A DNA stretch of 38,265 nt from Salmonella phage S147_CPL00262. Made by a program: the position numbers and the translations under genes. Location: the sequence record OR896839.1; one strand, 5' to 3'. Shown piece after piece: positions 1 through 8,962 of the stretch. The notes beneath the pieces were generated by a model. The model saw nothing but the letters and a program-made list of their open reading frames with translations, was not told the origin of the DNA and ran no database searches. Numbering within the stretch: position 1 is the stretch's first letter; each line of letters begins with the position of its first letter.

Positions 1-1764
1 ATGAGCGACACCCAAGCAAACCGTAATGCGCTAATCATCGCGCAGCTTAAGGGTGACTTCGTGGCCTTCCTGTTCGTATTGTGGAAGGCTTTGGCTCTCC
101 CGCCGCCAACTAAGTGTCAGATTGATATGGCCCGGTGTCTGGCTAACGGAGACAACAAGAAGTTTATCCTACAGGCTTTCCGTGGTATCGGTAAGTCATT
201 CATCACCTGTGCGTTCGTTGTGTGGACGCTATGGCGTGACCCTCAGTTGAAGATACTGATTGTCTCTGCATCCAAAGAACGTGCGGACGCTAACTCCATC
301 TTCATCAAGAACATCATTGACCTGCTGCCATTCTTGGCTGAGTTAAAGCCTCGCCCCGGTCAGCGTGACTCTGTGATTAGTTTCGATGTTGGCCCTGCCA
401 AGCCTGACCACTCTCCGTCTGTGAAGTCGGTGGGCATCACTGGTCAGTTGACTGGTAGCCGTGCTGATATCATCATAGCGGATGACGTTGAGATTCCGTC
501 TAACTCCGCAACTCAAGGTGCCCGTGAGAAGCTGTGGACTCTGGTGCAGGAATTTGCTGCGCTTCTGAAACCACTGCCGACTTCTCGCGTTATCTACCTT
601 GGCACGCCTCAAACCGAAATGACCTTGTACAAGGAACTCGAAGATAACCGTGGGTACACCACAATCATCTGGCCTGCGCTCTATCCGCGTAGCCGTGAGG
701 AAGACTTGTACTATGGCGACCGTCTGGCCCCGATGCTCCGCGAAGAGTTCAACGATGGGTTCGAGATGCTCCAAGGTCAACCAACTGACCCCGTGCGCTT
801 CGATATGGAAGACCTGCGTGAGCGTGAGTTGGAATACGGCAAGGCTGGCTTCACTTTGCAGTTCATGCTCAACCCGAACCTGAGTGATGCCGAGAAGTAC
901 CCCTTACGCCTCCGTGACGCTATCGTGTGCGGTCTGGACTTCGAGAAAGCCCCAATGCATTACCAGTGGCTTCCGAACCGTCAGAATCGCAATGAAGAGC
1001 TTCCTAACGTGGGACTTAAGGGTGATGATATTCATAGCTATCATTCGTGCAGCCAGAACACTGGACAGTACCAGCAACGCATCCTCGTGATTGACCCTAG
1101 TGGTCGCGGTAAGGATGAGACTGGTTACGCAGTGTTGTTCACCCTGAATGGCTACATCTATCTGATGGAAGCTGGCGGGTTCCGCGATGGTTATTCCGAT
1201 AAGACCCTTGAGTCCCTCGCTAAGAAAGCGAAGCAGTGGAAGGTTCAGACAGTGGTCTTCGAGAGTAACTTCGGGGATGGTATGTTTGGTAAGGTATTCA
1301 GCCCTGTGCTCCTGAAACACCATGCAGCGCAACTTGAAGAGATTCGTGCTCGTGGTATGAAGGAACTACGCATTTGTGATACGCTGGAGCCTGTACTCTC
1401 TACGCACCGCCTTGTGATTCGTGACGAGGTGATTCGTGAGGACTACCAGACTGCCCGTGACGCTGATGGTAAGCATGACGTTCGCTATTCGCTGTTCTAC
1501 CAGTTGACCCGCATGGCCCGTGAGAAGGGCGCTGTGGCACATGACGACCGACTTGATGCGTTAGCATTGGGTGTAGAGTTCTTACGCTCTACGATGGAAC
1601 TGGACGCCGTGAAGGTGGAAGCTGAGGTGCTTGAGGCGTTCTTAGAGGAACACATGGAGCACCCAATCCATTCGGCTGGTCACGTAGTCACCTCTATGGT
1701 TGACGGTATGGAACTCTATTGGGAGGATGACGATGTGAATAGCAACAGGTTCATTGACTGGTAG
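1..1764 (+). CDS. 19: Terminase large subunit (DNA maturase B), gene 19
   Basis: 587-aa ORF; N-terminus [31 protein letters not shown]... and overall length match T7/T3 gp19 as recalled; SD AAGGAG lies at the very end of the window (38251-38256) immediately upstream when the window is circularised. Confidence 0.95.
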   Translation: MSDTQANRNALIIAQLKGDFVAFLFVLWKALALPPPTKCQIDMARCLANGDNKKFILQAFRGIGKSFITCAFVVWTLWRDPQLKILIVSASKERADANSIFIKNIIDLLPFLAELKPRPGQRDSVISFDVGPAKPDHSPSVKSVGITGQLTGSRADIIIADDVEIPSNSATQGAREKLWTLVQEFAALLKPLPTSRVIYLGTPQTEMTLYKELEDNRGYTTIIWPALYPRSREEDLYYGDRLAPMLREEFNDGFEMLQGQPTDPVRFDMEDLRERELEYGKAGFTLQFMLNPNLSDAEKYPLRLRDAIVCGLDFEKAPMHYQWLPNRQNRNEELPNVGLKGDDIHSYHSCSQNTGQYQQRILVIDPSGRGKDETGYAVLFTLNGYIYLMEAGGFRDGYSDKTLESLAKKAKQWKVQTVVFESNFGDGMFGKVFSPVLLKHHAAQLEEIRARGMKELRICDTLEPVLSTHRLVIRDEVIREDYQTARDADGKHDVRYSLFYQLTRMAREKGAVAHDDRLDALALGVEFLRSTMELDAVKVEAEVLEAFLEEHMEHPIHSAGHVVTSMVDGMELYWEDDDVNSNRFIDW

Positions 1765-1785
1765 TTATGCATATTGAGTGCATAA
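1765..1785 (+). other. Perfect 7-bp stem hairpin (TTATGCA / TGCATAA, 7-nt loop) directly after the gene 19 stop
   Basis: Inverted repeat read directly in the sequence; function unknown. Confidence 0.3.
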
Positions 1786-1845
1786 GGAATCATTGAGACC
1801 ACGGATGGTCACTTTAAGAAACTCCTTAAGAATCAATGAGTTTGA

Positions 1846-1868
1846 ATTAACCCTCACTAAAGGGAGAG
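1846..1868 (+). promoter_or_regulatory. T3-type phage RNA polymerase promoter (phiOR-equivalent)
   Basis: AATTAACCCTCACTAAAGGGAGA exact match to T3 RNAP promoter consensus. Confidence 0.85.
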
Positions 1869-2008
1869 AGGGGACTTAAAGCTACTATACAGGTTAGTCA
1901 TTCAGGTTATGCAATGACCCTTTATGCACTTTAAGTCCACCTCTATGATTGGTGATATTATCATTGTATAATCACCCTACCTTAGAGCAACTGAAAGGAG
2001 GTGGCTCA

Positions 2009-2158
2009 ATGTTACGCTTGCTGATTGCCCTGCTGCGTCATAGAGTCACTTGGCGATTTCTTCTGGTACTTACTGCTGCCCTTGGGTACGCAGGTCTTAC
2101 TGACCACCTCGGTCAACTGGAAGTGGCCTTTTGCTCTATACTCTCTTGTGGGGATTAA
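2009..2158 (+). CDS. 19.5: gp19.5-like small protein
   Basis: 49-aa ORF MLRLLIALLRHRVTWRFLLVL... preceded by SD AAAGGAGG; same length and similar sequence to T7 gp19.5 as recalled. Confidence 0.7.
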   Translation: MLRLLIALLRHRVTWRFLLVLTAALGYAGLTDHLGQLEVAFCSILSCGD

Positions 2159-2240
2159 ATTATTGTTGATGACCGACAAGCGGCTCTGAGGGATTCGTAG
2201 GTATAGTTTCACTACACCAACTCATCCCTGTAGAGTCAAC

Positions 2241-2714
2241 CCTAAAGGTTATACCTAAAGATGCCCTGTAGTTCGTAATGGTCTTACAGGGTCTTCTGGT
2301 GTCTCCTAGCTATCCCTTCGGGATGCGCCTATGGTCTCACCTATGGTGTGGCCTTACCTAAAGTGGTTGCCTAAAGAGACCCTTTAAGAATTTACCACAA
2401 AAATCTGAATGGGTATCTCACAGTTCAAGAACCCAAAGTACCCCCCATAGCCCTCCTAAAGCCACCTAAAGCCAGCCCTACCCCTAGGGTTTAACCTTCG
2501 GTTAACCTTGAGTATCTCCTCAAGTGGCCTATAGGATAGCCTAAAGTGTTGCCTAAAGTCAATACCTAAAGTGGTGGGTGGCTTAAAGAGGCCTTAAAGA
2601 GTGTCCTAGTGTACCAGTTCGATAGTACATCTCTATGTGTCCCTATCTGTTAGCCTCATAAAGTAAACCCTAAAGCCGCCACCTAAAGACCAGACCTAAA
2701 GCCATCACCTAAAG
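2241..2714. repeat. Irregularly spaced CCTAAAG heptamer array typical of T7-group genome ends (concatemer junction region)
   Basis: At least 14 copies of CCTAAAG (plus CTTAAAG variants) between 2241 and 2714; non-coding. Confidence 0.8.
2416..2646 (+). other. Putative mature genome left end and single copy of the terminal repeat
   Basis: TCTCACAGTT... at 2416 resembles the T7/T3 left-end sequence (recalled); no adjacent second copy in the window, consistent with a circularised assembly or concatemer junction; the right boundary is a guess. Confidence 0.35.
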
Positions 2715-2797
2715 AGCAACACTATCTTAAAGACAACCAGACCGATAGACCCACTGTTAACCTGTAGTGATGCCCTGTAGTTCTCTGTAGTCATTTC

Positions 2798-2820
2798 ATT
2801 AACCCTCACTAAAGGGAATA
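2798..2820 (+). promoter_or_regulatory. T3-type phage RNA polymerase promoter (phiOL-equivalent)
   Basis: ATTAACCCTCACTAAAGGGAATA. Confidence 0.75.
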
Positions 2821-2870
2821 AGGGATACTTAAAGGGTAATTAAAGATTTAATAAAAGATTAAATTAATGG

Positions 2871-2900
2871 TTGACTTTAAGTTACCTTTAAGGCTATTAT
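2871..2900 (+). promoter_or_regulatory. Host sigma70 early promoter (A1-equivalent)
   Basis: -35 TTGACT at 2871-2876, 18-bp spacer, -10 TATTAT at 2895-2900. Confidence 0.6.
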
Positions 2901-3001
2901 TCATCACGTCAACGGGACAACGGCCTTAAAGCCACTCCCTGAGATACCGGAGTCAACCGGATAAGTAGACAGCCTGATAAGTCATACGAAAAAAACAGGC
3001 A

Positions 3002-3030
3002 TTGACAACATGAAGTAAACGCAGTAAGAT
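3002..3030 (+). promoter_or_regulatory. Host sigma70 early promoter (A2-equivalent)
   Basis: -35 TTGACA at 3002-3007, 17-bp spacer, -10 TAAGAT; closely resembles T7 A2 as recalled. Confidence 0.7.
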
Positions 3031-3112
3031 GTATCACATAGCGTCAACCAACCGATTCGGTGTCTTCTAGGTGACTTAAGCGCACCACGGCACATAAAGC
3101 GAAACAAAATGG

Positions 3113-3141
3113 TTGACAACATGAAGTAAGCACGGTACGAT
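3113..3141 (+). promoter_or_regulatory. Host sigma70 early promoter (A3-equivalent)
   Basis: -35 TTGACA at 3113-3118, 17-bp spacer, -10 TACGAT; closely resembles T7 A3 as recalled. Confidence 0.7.
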
Positions 3142-3266
3142 GTACCACGAAATGACGGAACAGTGAGGCGGGACACTGAAAGCCGCTAGGGTCTAACGAA
3201 ACAAGACCGACACGCTCTTTAACAATCTGGATAATAGCTCTTGAGTGTACCGATGTATAAGCGAAT

Positions 3267-3305
3267 AACTCAAGGTCGCACTGAAAGCGTGGCCTTTATG
3301 ATATT
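3267..3305 (+). promoter_or_regulatory. Putative RNase III processing hairpin (R0.3-equivalent)
   Basis: Conserved motif ACTCAAGGTCGCACTG...TGGCCTTTATGAT that recurs upstream of several genes in this window. Confidence 0.55.
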
Positions 3306-3338
3306 CACTTAACACGAACTAACATGAGGTAACACCAA

Positions 3339-3797
3339 ATGATTTTCACTAAAGAGCCTGCTAACGTCTTCTATGTACTGGTGTCAGCTTTCCGTTCTAA
3401 CCTCGACGATGAGGTGAACATGAGCCGCCACCGCCACATGGTAAGCACTTTACGTGCCGCACCGGGTCTTTATGGCTCCGTTGAGTCAACCGATTTGACC
3501 GGGTGTTATCGTGAGGCAATCTCAAGCGCACCGACTGAGGAAAAAACGGTTCGTGTACGCTGCAAGGACAAGGCGCAGGCGCTCAATGTTGCACGCTTAG
3601 CTTGCAATGAGTGGGAGCAAGATTGCGTACTGGTATACAAATCACAGACTCACACGGCTGGTCTGGTGTACGCTAAAGGTATCGACGGGTATAAGGCTGA
3701 ACGTCTGCCGGGTAGCTTCCAAGAGGTGCCCAAAGGCGCACCGCTGCAAGGCTGCTTTACGATTGATGAGTTCGGTCGTCGCTGGCAAGTACAGTAA
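3339..3797 (+). CDS. 0.3: S-adenosyl-L-methionine lyase (SAMase; anti-restriction), gene 0.3
   Basis: 152-aa ORF as first early gene after the A promoters; sequence and length match T3 SAMase as recalled. Confidence 0.85.
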   Translation: MIFTKEPANVFYVLVSAFRSNLDDEVNMSRHRHMVSTLRAAPGLYGSVESTDLTGCYREAISSAPTEEKTVRVRCKDKAQALNVARLACNEWEQDCVLVYKSQTHTAGLVYAKGIDGYKAERLPGSFQEVPKGAPLQGCFTIDEFGRRWQVQ

Positions 3798-3803
3798 GTG
3801 ATA

Positions 3804-3845
3804 GACTCAAGGTCGCACTGTATGTGTGGCCTTTATGATTATCAC
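3804..3845 (+). promoter_or_regulatory. Putative RNase III processing hairpin
   Basis: Second copy of the ACTCAAGGTCGCACTG...TGGCCTTTATGATTATCAC motif. Confidence 0.5.
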
Positions 3846-3869
3846 TTAGCACGCTATAGGACTAACACC

Positions 3870-4070
3870 ATGAGTAAACTTCTGGCAACCTCTAAAATCA
3901 AAGGCCAATGCACTGTAACGCTGCGCGAGTATTACCACGGGTCAATGGGATGCACCTACGTTGTGCGCTACGGCAAACAGGTCACACATTGGGTAAACCC
4001 GATTTTAGCACAAGAGGAGTATCAAGCCTGTGTGACACACCAAGCCACGTGTGCAGGTTGGAATGATTGA
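3870..4070 (+). CDS. Hypothetical early protein (67 aa, Cys-containing)
   Basis: ORF starting at the internal ATG at 3870, directly after the RNase III-like hairpin; no recognisable function. Confidence 0.5.
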   Translation: MSKLLATSKIKGQCTVTLREYYHGSMGCTYVVRYGKQVTHWVNPILAQEEYQACVTHQATCAGWND

Positions 4071-4089
4071 CATTACAGGAGAGCATGAT

Positions 4090-4170
4090 ATGTTCGAGAA
4101 GGTTGTGAACTGGTCTATCGGGCCGATTATCATCTTAATCATTATGAACAACTTAGGGTATTTCTCATGA
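4090..4170 (+). CDS. Hypothetical small hydrophobic early protein (26 aa)
   Basis: MFEKVVNWSIGPIIILIIMNNLGYFS; SD AGGAGA 8 nt upstream; stop overlaps the next ORF start (ATGATG). Confidence 0.4.
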   Translation: MFEKVVNWSIGPIIILIIMNNLGYFS

Positions 4171-4364
4171 TGGCAGCACTAATCGCACTGGTCTATCTGT
4201 GCATCGCTATGTACTTTATGCGAGACTTTAAGCGCGGTCTGGCAATACACAAGGCAACGCTGAGTTACTTTAAGTGGGGATTCATCCCACGGTTTACGGT
4301 TCGTGAACGCAACGGACGCTTTAAGGCCAACAAGGTAGGAGTATTCTACATTGCTACGCACTAA
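4167..4364 (+). CDS. Hypothetical early protein (65 aa, N-terminal hydrophobic segment)
   Basis: ORF translationally coupled to the preceding small ORF; predicted membrane helix MMAALIALVYLCIAMYF. Confidence 0.45.
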   Translation: MMAALIALVYLCIAMYFMRDFKRGLAIHKATLSYFKWGFIPRFTVRERNGRFKANKVGVFYIATH

Positions 4365-4535
4365 CTCAAAGCACGTAAAGATTGCACTGTATGCTATGGC
4401 TTATGGTGCATCGAAACGCAAGGTCAAACGCATCTTAACGAGACACCGCAAGATGACCGCACGACAGGCTGCAAGCGCTGTCAAATGGGCTGAATTTACT
4501 CTTTACTCTTCTTACAGATAACAGGACACTGAACG

Positions 4536-5645
4536 ATGACTTTCACCGAAGCACAAGCCGCACTCGAAGCTATCCGCAACCTACCGATTGACCGATTGGA
4601 TGAACGCCAGCCCATGCTGGTGGCTCTTGCGGCTGCTATCGTGAACGCTGAGACTCAAGACGGGCAACTGACGCAGGCAGCAGGAAACACAGCGCTAGAA
4701 CGCATGGACTACTGGCAGACACTGGCTGAGCGTATGCGTGATGTTGGATTTGTACGCTTGGGCAACGGTCACTTTAGCGCAGCATACGAGCACGCATTGT
4801 TACCGGGCAAGGTTATCAAGGTAGGCTTTAAGAAAGAGGATTCAGGCGCTGCCTATGCTGCATTCTGCCGTATGAATCAGGGTCGTGAGGGTATACCTAC
4901 GGTGTACGACATTCAGCGTCATGCTGGTTGTTACACGGTGGTTCTTGATTATCTGAATCCGCTTAACGATTGGTGCTACGGTGAAAGCGATAAGATTCGC
5001 CACCACTTCCGCGCTGCACGGGAAATCATTGAGGAGGATTGCTTCGACATCGCCGAAGAGTACCCAATAAGTGACGGGTTCATTGAGACCTGCAAGGATA
5101 TCCGCAAGTTCTTCTTAGGTATCGCATCGTTCGACTGTCACAGCGGGAACATGATGAAAGACCAGATGGGACGCCTGATTATCACAGACCCGGTATCATT
5201 CAGCGCAGACGACAAGTTAAAGCCGGGTGAGTTCCACTGTGACCCGGATGAACTAATCGCTGAGATTGAGGCGCTGAGAGCGCAGGAAGCGATTGACCGC
5301 TGTAAGGCACGCAAGGCACGCCGTGACCCTAACGGAACCTTTCAGGCAGCACGTAAAGCACGCATCAAATGGCGCAGAAAGGCCTCTAAGCGTGCTAAAC
5401 GTGACGCTAAGGTACTAGCTAGGATGCGCATGGACGCCAATCAGAATCGCAGGGATGAGCCTAGGGCGCGTATGGTGTGGGGCGATAAGCACTGGCGCAA
5501 CGCTTGGATGCACCACAATAACCTAAACTTTGCAGAACTGGAGCGCCGCGCTGCTGCGGCAATGATGATGCACGACGAGGTGCGCATTCAGTGGGGCAAA
5601 CCGTTACACATAGACGCATACCTTGACAAGCGTCTACAAGGCTGA
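4536..5645 (+). CDS. 0.7: Serine/threonine protein kinase / host transcription shutoff, gene 0.7
   Basis: 369-aa ORF in the position of T7/T3 gene 0.7 immediately upstream of the RNA polymerase gene. Confidence 0.8.
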   Translation: MTFTEAQAALEAIRNLPIDRLDERQPMLVALAAAIVNAETQDGQLTQAAGNTALERMDYWQTLAERMRDVGFVRLGNGHFSAAYEHALLPGKVIKVGFKKEDSGAAYAAFCRMNQGREGIPTVYDIQRHAGCYTVVLDYLNPLNDWCYGESDKIRHHFRAAREIIEEDCFDIAEEYPISDGFIETCKDIRKFFLGIASFDCHSGNMMKDQMGRLIITDPVSFSADDKLKPGEFHCDPDELIAEIEALRAQEAIDRCKARKARRDPNGTFQAARKARIKWRRKASKRAKRDAKVLARMRMDANQNRRDEPRARMVWGDKHWRNAWMHHNNLNFAELERRAAAAMMMHDEVRIQWGKPLHIDAYLDKRLQG

Positions 5646-5715
5646 TAGAGTCTTATCTTACAGGTCATCAATCGGTGGCCTGAATAGGTACGATTTATTC
5701 ACAATGAGGTAAGCA

Positions 5716-8370
5716 ATGAACATCATCGAAAACATCGAAAAGAATGACTTCTCCGAAATCGAACTGGCTGCTATCCCGTTCAACACACTGGCAGACCACT
5801 ACGGCAGCGCATTGGCTCGTGAACAACTGGCTTTAGAGCACGAGTCTTATGAGCTAGGCGAGCGCCGCTTCCTCAAGATGCTTGAGCGTCAAGCGAAAGC
5901 TGGTGAGATTGCAGACAACGCAGCCGCTAAGCCGTTACTCGCTACGCTTCTCCCTAAGTTAACCACACGCATCGTTGAGTGGCTCGAAGAGTACGCCTCG
6001 AAGAAAGGCCGCAAGCCAGTAGCCTATGCGCCACTCCAGTTACTCAAGCCGGAGGCGTCCGCGTTTATCACACTCAAGGTCATCCTTGCGTCACTGACCA
6101 GCACGAACATGACAACCATTCAGGCCGCTGCTGGTATGCTGGGGAAGGCCATTGAGGATGAGGCACGTTTCGGGCGAATCCGTGACCTCGAAGCGAAGCA
6201 CTTCAAGAAGCACGTTGAGGAACAACTCAACAAGCGCCACGGGCAAGTCTACAAGAAAGCCTTTATGCAGGTGGTTGAGGCAGACATGATTGGTCGCGGG
6301 CTGCTGGGAGGAGAGGCGTGGTCTAGCTGGGACAAGGAAACCACGATGCACGTAGGGATTCGCCTGATTGAAATGCTGATTGAATCCACGGGTCTGGTGG
6401 AATTACAGCGCCATAACGCAGGCAACGCAGGCTCTGACCATGAGGCACTGCAACTGGCCCAAGAGTACGTCGATGTGTTAGCGAAGCGTGCAGGAGCACT
6501 GGCTGGCATCTCTCCGATGTTCCAACCGTGTGTCGTACCGCCGAAACCTTGGGTATCAATCACAGGTGGCGGCTACTGGGCGAACGGTCGCAGACCTTTG
6601 GCGCTCATTCGCACTCACTCTAAGAAGGGACTGATGCGTTATGAGGATGTTTACATGCCAGAAGTTTACGAGGCGGTCAACATCGCACAGAACACCGCAT
6701 GGAAAATCAACAAGAAAGTCCTCGCGGTTGTCAACGAGATTGTGAACTGGAAGAACTGCCCGGTCGCAGACATTCCATCTCTGGAGCGCCAAGAGTTACC
6801 GCCTAAGCCGGACGACATTGACACCAACGAGGCAGCACTCAAGGAGTGGAAGAAAGCCGCCGCTGGTATCTACCGCTTGGACAAGGCACGAGTGTCTCGC
6901 CGTATCAGCTTAGAGTTCATGCTGGAGCAGGCCAACAAGTTTGCAAACAAGAAAGCAATCTGGTTCCCTTACAACATGGACTGGCGCGGTCGTGTGTATG
7001 CTGTGCCGATGTTCAACCCGCAAGGCAACGACATGACGAAAGGTCTACTGACCCTCGCTAAAGGAAAGCCAATCGGTGAGGAAGGTTTCTACTGGCTGAA
7101 AATCCACGGCGCGAACTGTGCGGGTGTCGATAAGGTTCCTTTCCCTGAGCGCATCGCGTTCATTGAGAAGCACGTAGACGACATTCTGGCTTGCGCTAAA
7201 GACCCAATCAATAACACTTGGTGGGCCGAGCAGGATTCACCTTTCTGTTTCCTCGCGTTCTGCTTCGAGTATGCAGGCGTTGCGCACCACGGTCTGAGCT
7301 ACAATTGCTCTCTGCCGCTGGCGTTCGACGGGTCTTGCTCTGGTATCCAGCACTTCTCCGCGATGCTCCGCGATGAGGTAGGCGGTCGTGCGGTTAACCT
7401 GCTGCCAAGCGAAACCGTGCAGGACATTTACGGCATCGTTGCACAGAAAGTAAACGAGATTCTCAAACAGGATGCAATCAACGGCACACCTAACGAGATG
7501 ATTACCGTTACCGATAAGGACACCGGGGAAATCTCTGAGAAGCTCAAGCTGGGAACCTCAACGCTGGCGCAACAGTGGCTGGCATATGGTGTAACCCGTA
7601 GCGTAACTAAACGTTCGGTCATGACGCTGGCTTACGGTTCCAAGGAGTTCGGCTTTCGTCAACAGGTACTGGACGACACCATTCAGCCTGCGATTGACAG
7701 CGGTAAGGGCTTGATGTTCACTCAACCGAACCAAGCGGCTGGATATATGGCTAAGCTGATTTGGGACGCGGTGAGCGTGACCGTAGTCGCAGCGGTTGAG
7801 GCGATGAACTGGCTCAAGTCTGCCGCTAAGCTGTTGGCTGCTGAGGTCAAGGACAAGAAGACCAAGGAGATTCTGCGCCACCGTTGCGCGGTTCACTGGA
7901 CTACGCCGGACGGCTTCCCGGTCTGGCAGGAATACCGCAAGCCACTCCAGAAGCGTCTCGATATGATTTTCTTAGGGCAATTCCGTCTGCAACCGACGAT
8001 TAATACCCTCAAGGATTCAGGCATTGACGCACACAAGCAGGAGTCTGGCATCGCGCCTAACTTTGTTCACTCACAGGATGGTAGCCACCTCCGCATGACA
8101 GTAGTTTATGCTCACGAGAAGTATGGCATTGAGTCCTTTGCGCTCATCCATGACAGCTTCGGGACTATCCCGGCAGACGCTGGTAAGCTGTTCAAAGCTG
8201 TACGTGAGACGATGGTTATCACCTACGAGAACAACGATGTGCTGGCAGACTTCTATGACCAGTTTGCAGACCAGCTACACGAGACCCAACTGGACAAGAT
8301 GCCTCCGCTTCCGAAGAAAGGGAACCTGAACCTGCAAGACATTCTCAAGTCTGACTTTGCCTTTGCATAA
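5716..8370 (+). CDS. 1: Single-subunit DNA-directed RNA polymerase, gene 1
   Basis: 884-aa ORF MNIIENIEKNDFSEIELAAIPFNTLADHYG...; length and sequence typical of T3/T7 RNAP; SD GAGG upstream. Confidence 0.97.
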   Translation: MNIIENIEKNDFSEIELAAIPFNTLADHYGSALAREQLALEHESYELGERRFLKMLERQAKAGEIADNAAAKPLLATLLPKLTTRIVEWLEEYASKKGRKPVAYAPLQLLKPEASAFITLKVILASLTSTNMTTIQAAAGMLGKAIEDEARFGRIRDLEAKHFKKHVEEQLNKRHGQVYKKAFMQVVEADMIGRGLLGGEAWSSWDKETTMHVGIRLIEMLIESTGLVELQRHNAGNAGSDHEALQLAQEYVDVLAKRAGALAGISPMFQPCVVPPKPWVSITGGGYWANGRRPLALIRTHSKKGLMRYEDVYMPEVYEAVNIAQNTAWKINKKVLAVVNEIVNWKNCPVADIPSLERQELPPKPDDIDTNEAALKEWKKAAAGIYRLDKARVSRRISLEFMLEQANKFANKKAIWFPYNMDWRGRVYAVPMFNPQGNDMTKGLLTLAKGKPIGEEGFYWLKIHGANCAGVDKVPFPERIAFIEKHVDDILACAKDPINNTWWAEQDSPFCFLAFCFEYAGVAHHGLSYNCSLPLAFDGSCSGIQHFSAMLRDEVGGRAVNLLPSETVQDIYGIVAQKVNEILKQDAINGTPNEMITVTDKDTGEISEKLKLGTSTLAQQWLAYGVTRSVTKRSVMTLAYGSKEFGFRQQVLDDTIQPAIDSGKGLMFTQPNQAAGYMAKLIWDAVSVTVVAAVEAMNWLKSAAKLLAAEVKDKKTKEILRHRCAVHWTTPDGFPVWQEYRKPLQKRLDMIFLGQFRLQPTINTLKDSGIDAHKQESGIAPNFVHSQDGSHLRMTVVYAHEKYGIESFALIHDSFGTIPADAGKLFKAVRETMVITYENNDVLADFYDQFADQLHETQLDKMPPLPKKGNLNLQDILKSDFAFA

Positions 8371-8382
8371 CAAACACTTAGC

Positions 8383-8404
8383 ATTAACCCTCACTAACGG
8401 GAGA
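8383..8404 (+). promoter_or_regulatory. T3-type phage RNAP promoter
   Basis: ATTAACCCTCACTAACGGGAGA. Confidence 0.8.
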
Positions 8405-8456
8405 CTACTTAAGGTCTCCCACTTTAAGACACTTTAGGTACTAAGAGATTAAATTT

Positions 8457-8729
8457 ATGATTAACATTAAGACTTTCTTTAAGAACATCTTTAAGTTAAA
8501 CCGCTTGACTTCCATTAAGTTCTACGCTTGGATGCCCGGTAGTGATGACCTCCGCAAGACTGAATTTAAGTTAGGCTTAGGGCCGTGCGGTAAGGTGGTC
8601 AAGAAGTTGGAATGTTACTCAACGTCCTCCGGGATGGTCATCTTCCAGACCACTGAGGACAACGAAACGAAATCCTTCTACTACCCGAAAGGTTCAACGT
8701 GTGGTCGTATCGAACGGACATACAGTTAA
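8457..8729 (+). CDS. Hypothetical protein (gene 1.05 position)
   Basis: 90-aa ORF between two phage promoters; AT-rich N-terminal coding region. Confidence 0.5.
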   Translation: MINIKTFFKNIFKLNRLTSIKFYAWMPGSDDLRKTEFKLGLGPCGKVVKKLECYSTSSGMVIFQTTEDNETKSFYYPKGSTCGRIERTYS

Positions 8730-8745
8730 CCCTCACTAACAGGAG
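8723..8745 (+). promoter_or_regulatory. T3-type phage RNAP promoter
   Basis: AGTTAACCCTCACTAACAGGAGA. Confidence 0.8.
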
Positions 8746-8748
8746 AGT

Positions 8749-8790
8749 TAAACTTAAGGTCATCACCAGCGGTGGCCTTTGTGATTAACT
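8749..8790 (+). promoter_or_regulatory. Putative RNase III processing hairpin (R1.1-equivalent)
   Basis: CTTAAGGTCATCACCAGCGGTGGCCTTTGTGATTAAC motif. Confidence 0.5.
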
Positions 8791-8821
8791 TTCAATACAC
8801 ATCAACATGAGGTAAGATACT

Positions 8822-8962
8822 ATGCGTACCAACTTTGAGAAATTTACCAAGCGCGATTCAGTGGTCAACGAGCATGGCGAACAGTGGCAAGAGCGCCGTG
8901 ACCGCATGAAGAAACGCCACAAGCAACAGCGCGGTAACTCACAGAAACGGGAGTGGAACTAA
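8822..8962 (+). CDS. 1.1: gp1.1-like small basic protein
   Basis: 46-aa ORF MRTNFEKFTKRDSVVNEHGEQWQERRDRMKKRHKQQRGNSQKREWN; resembles T7 gp1.1 as recalled. Confidence 0.7.
   Translation: MRTNFEKFTKRDSVVNEHGEQWQERRDRMKKRHKQQRGNSQKREWN

Noticed and set aside
53-1332. Short ORFs nested within gene 19 on both strands (53..250 +, 343..780 -, 884..1090 +, 904..1332 -)
   Set aside because: All lie inside the terminase large-subunit ORF in alternative frames without initiation signals; T7 has small genes 19.2 and 19.3 nested in gene 19, but I cannot match any of these confidently.
2241-2714. Possible CRISPR array or mobile-element end suggested by the many short direct repeats
   Set aside because: The repeats are 7 bp (CCTAAAG), irregularly spaced and without uniform spacers; this is the characteristic genome-end repeat region of T7-group phages, not a CRISPR array or IS end.
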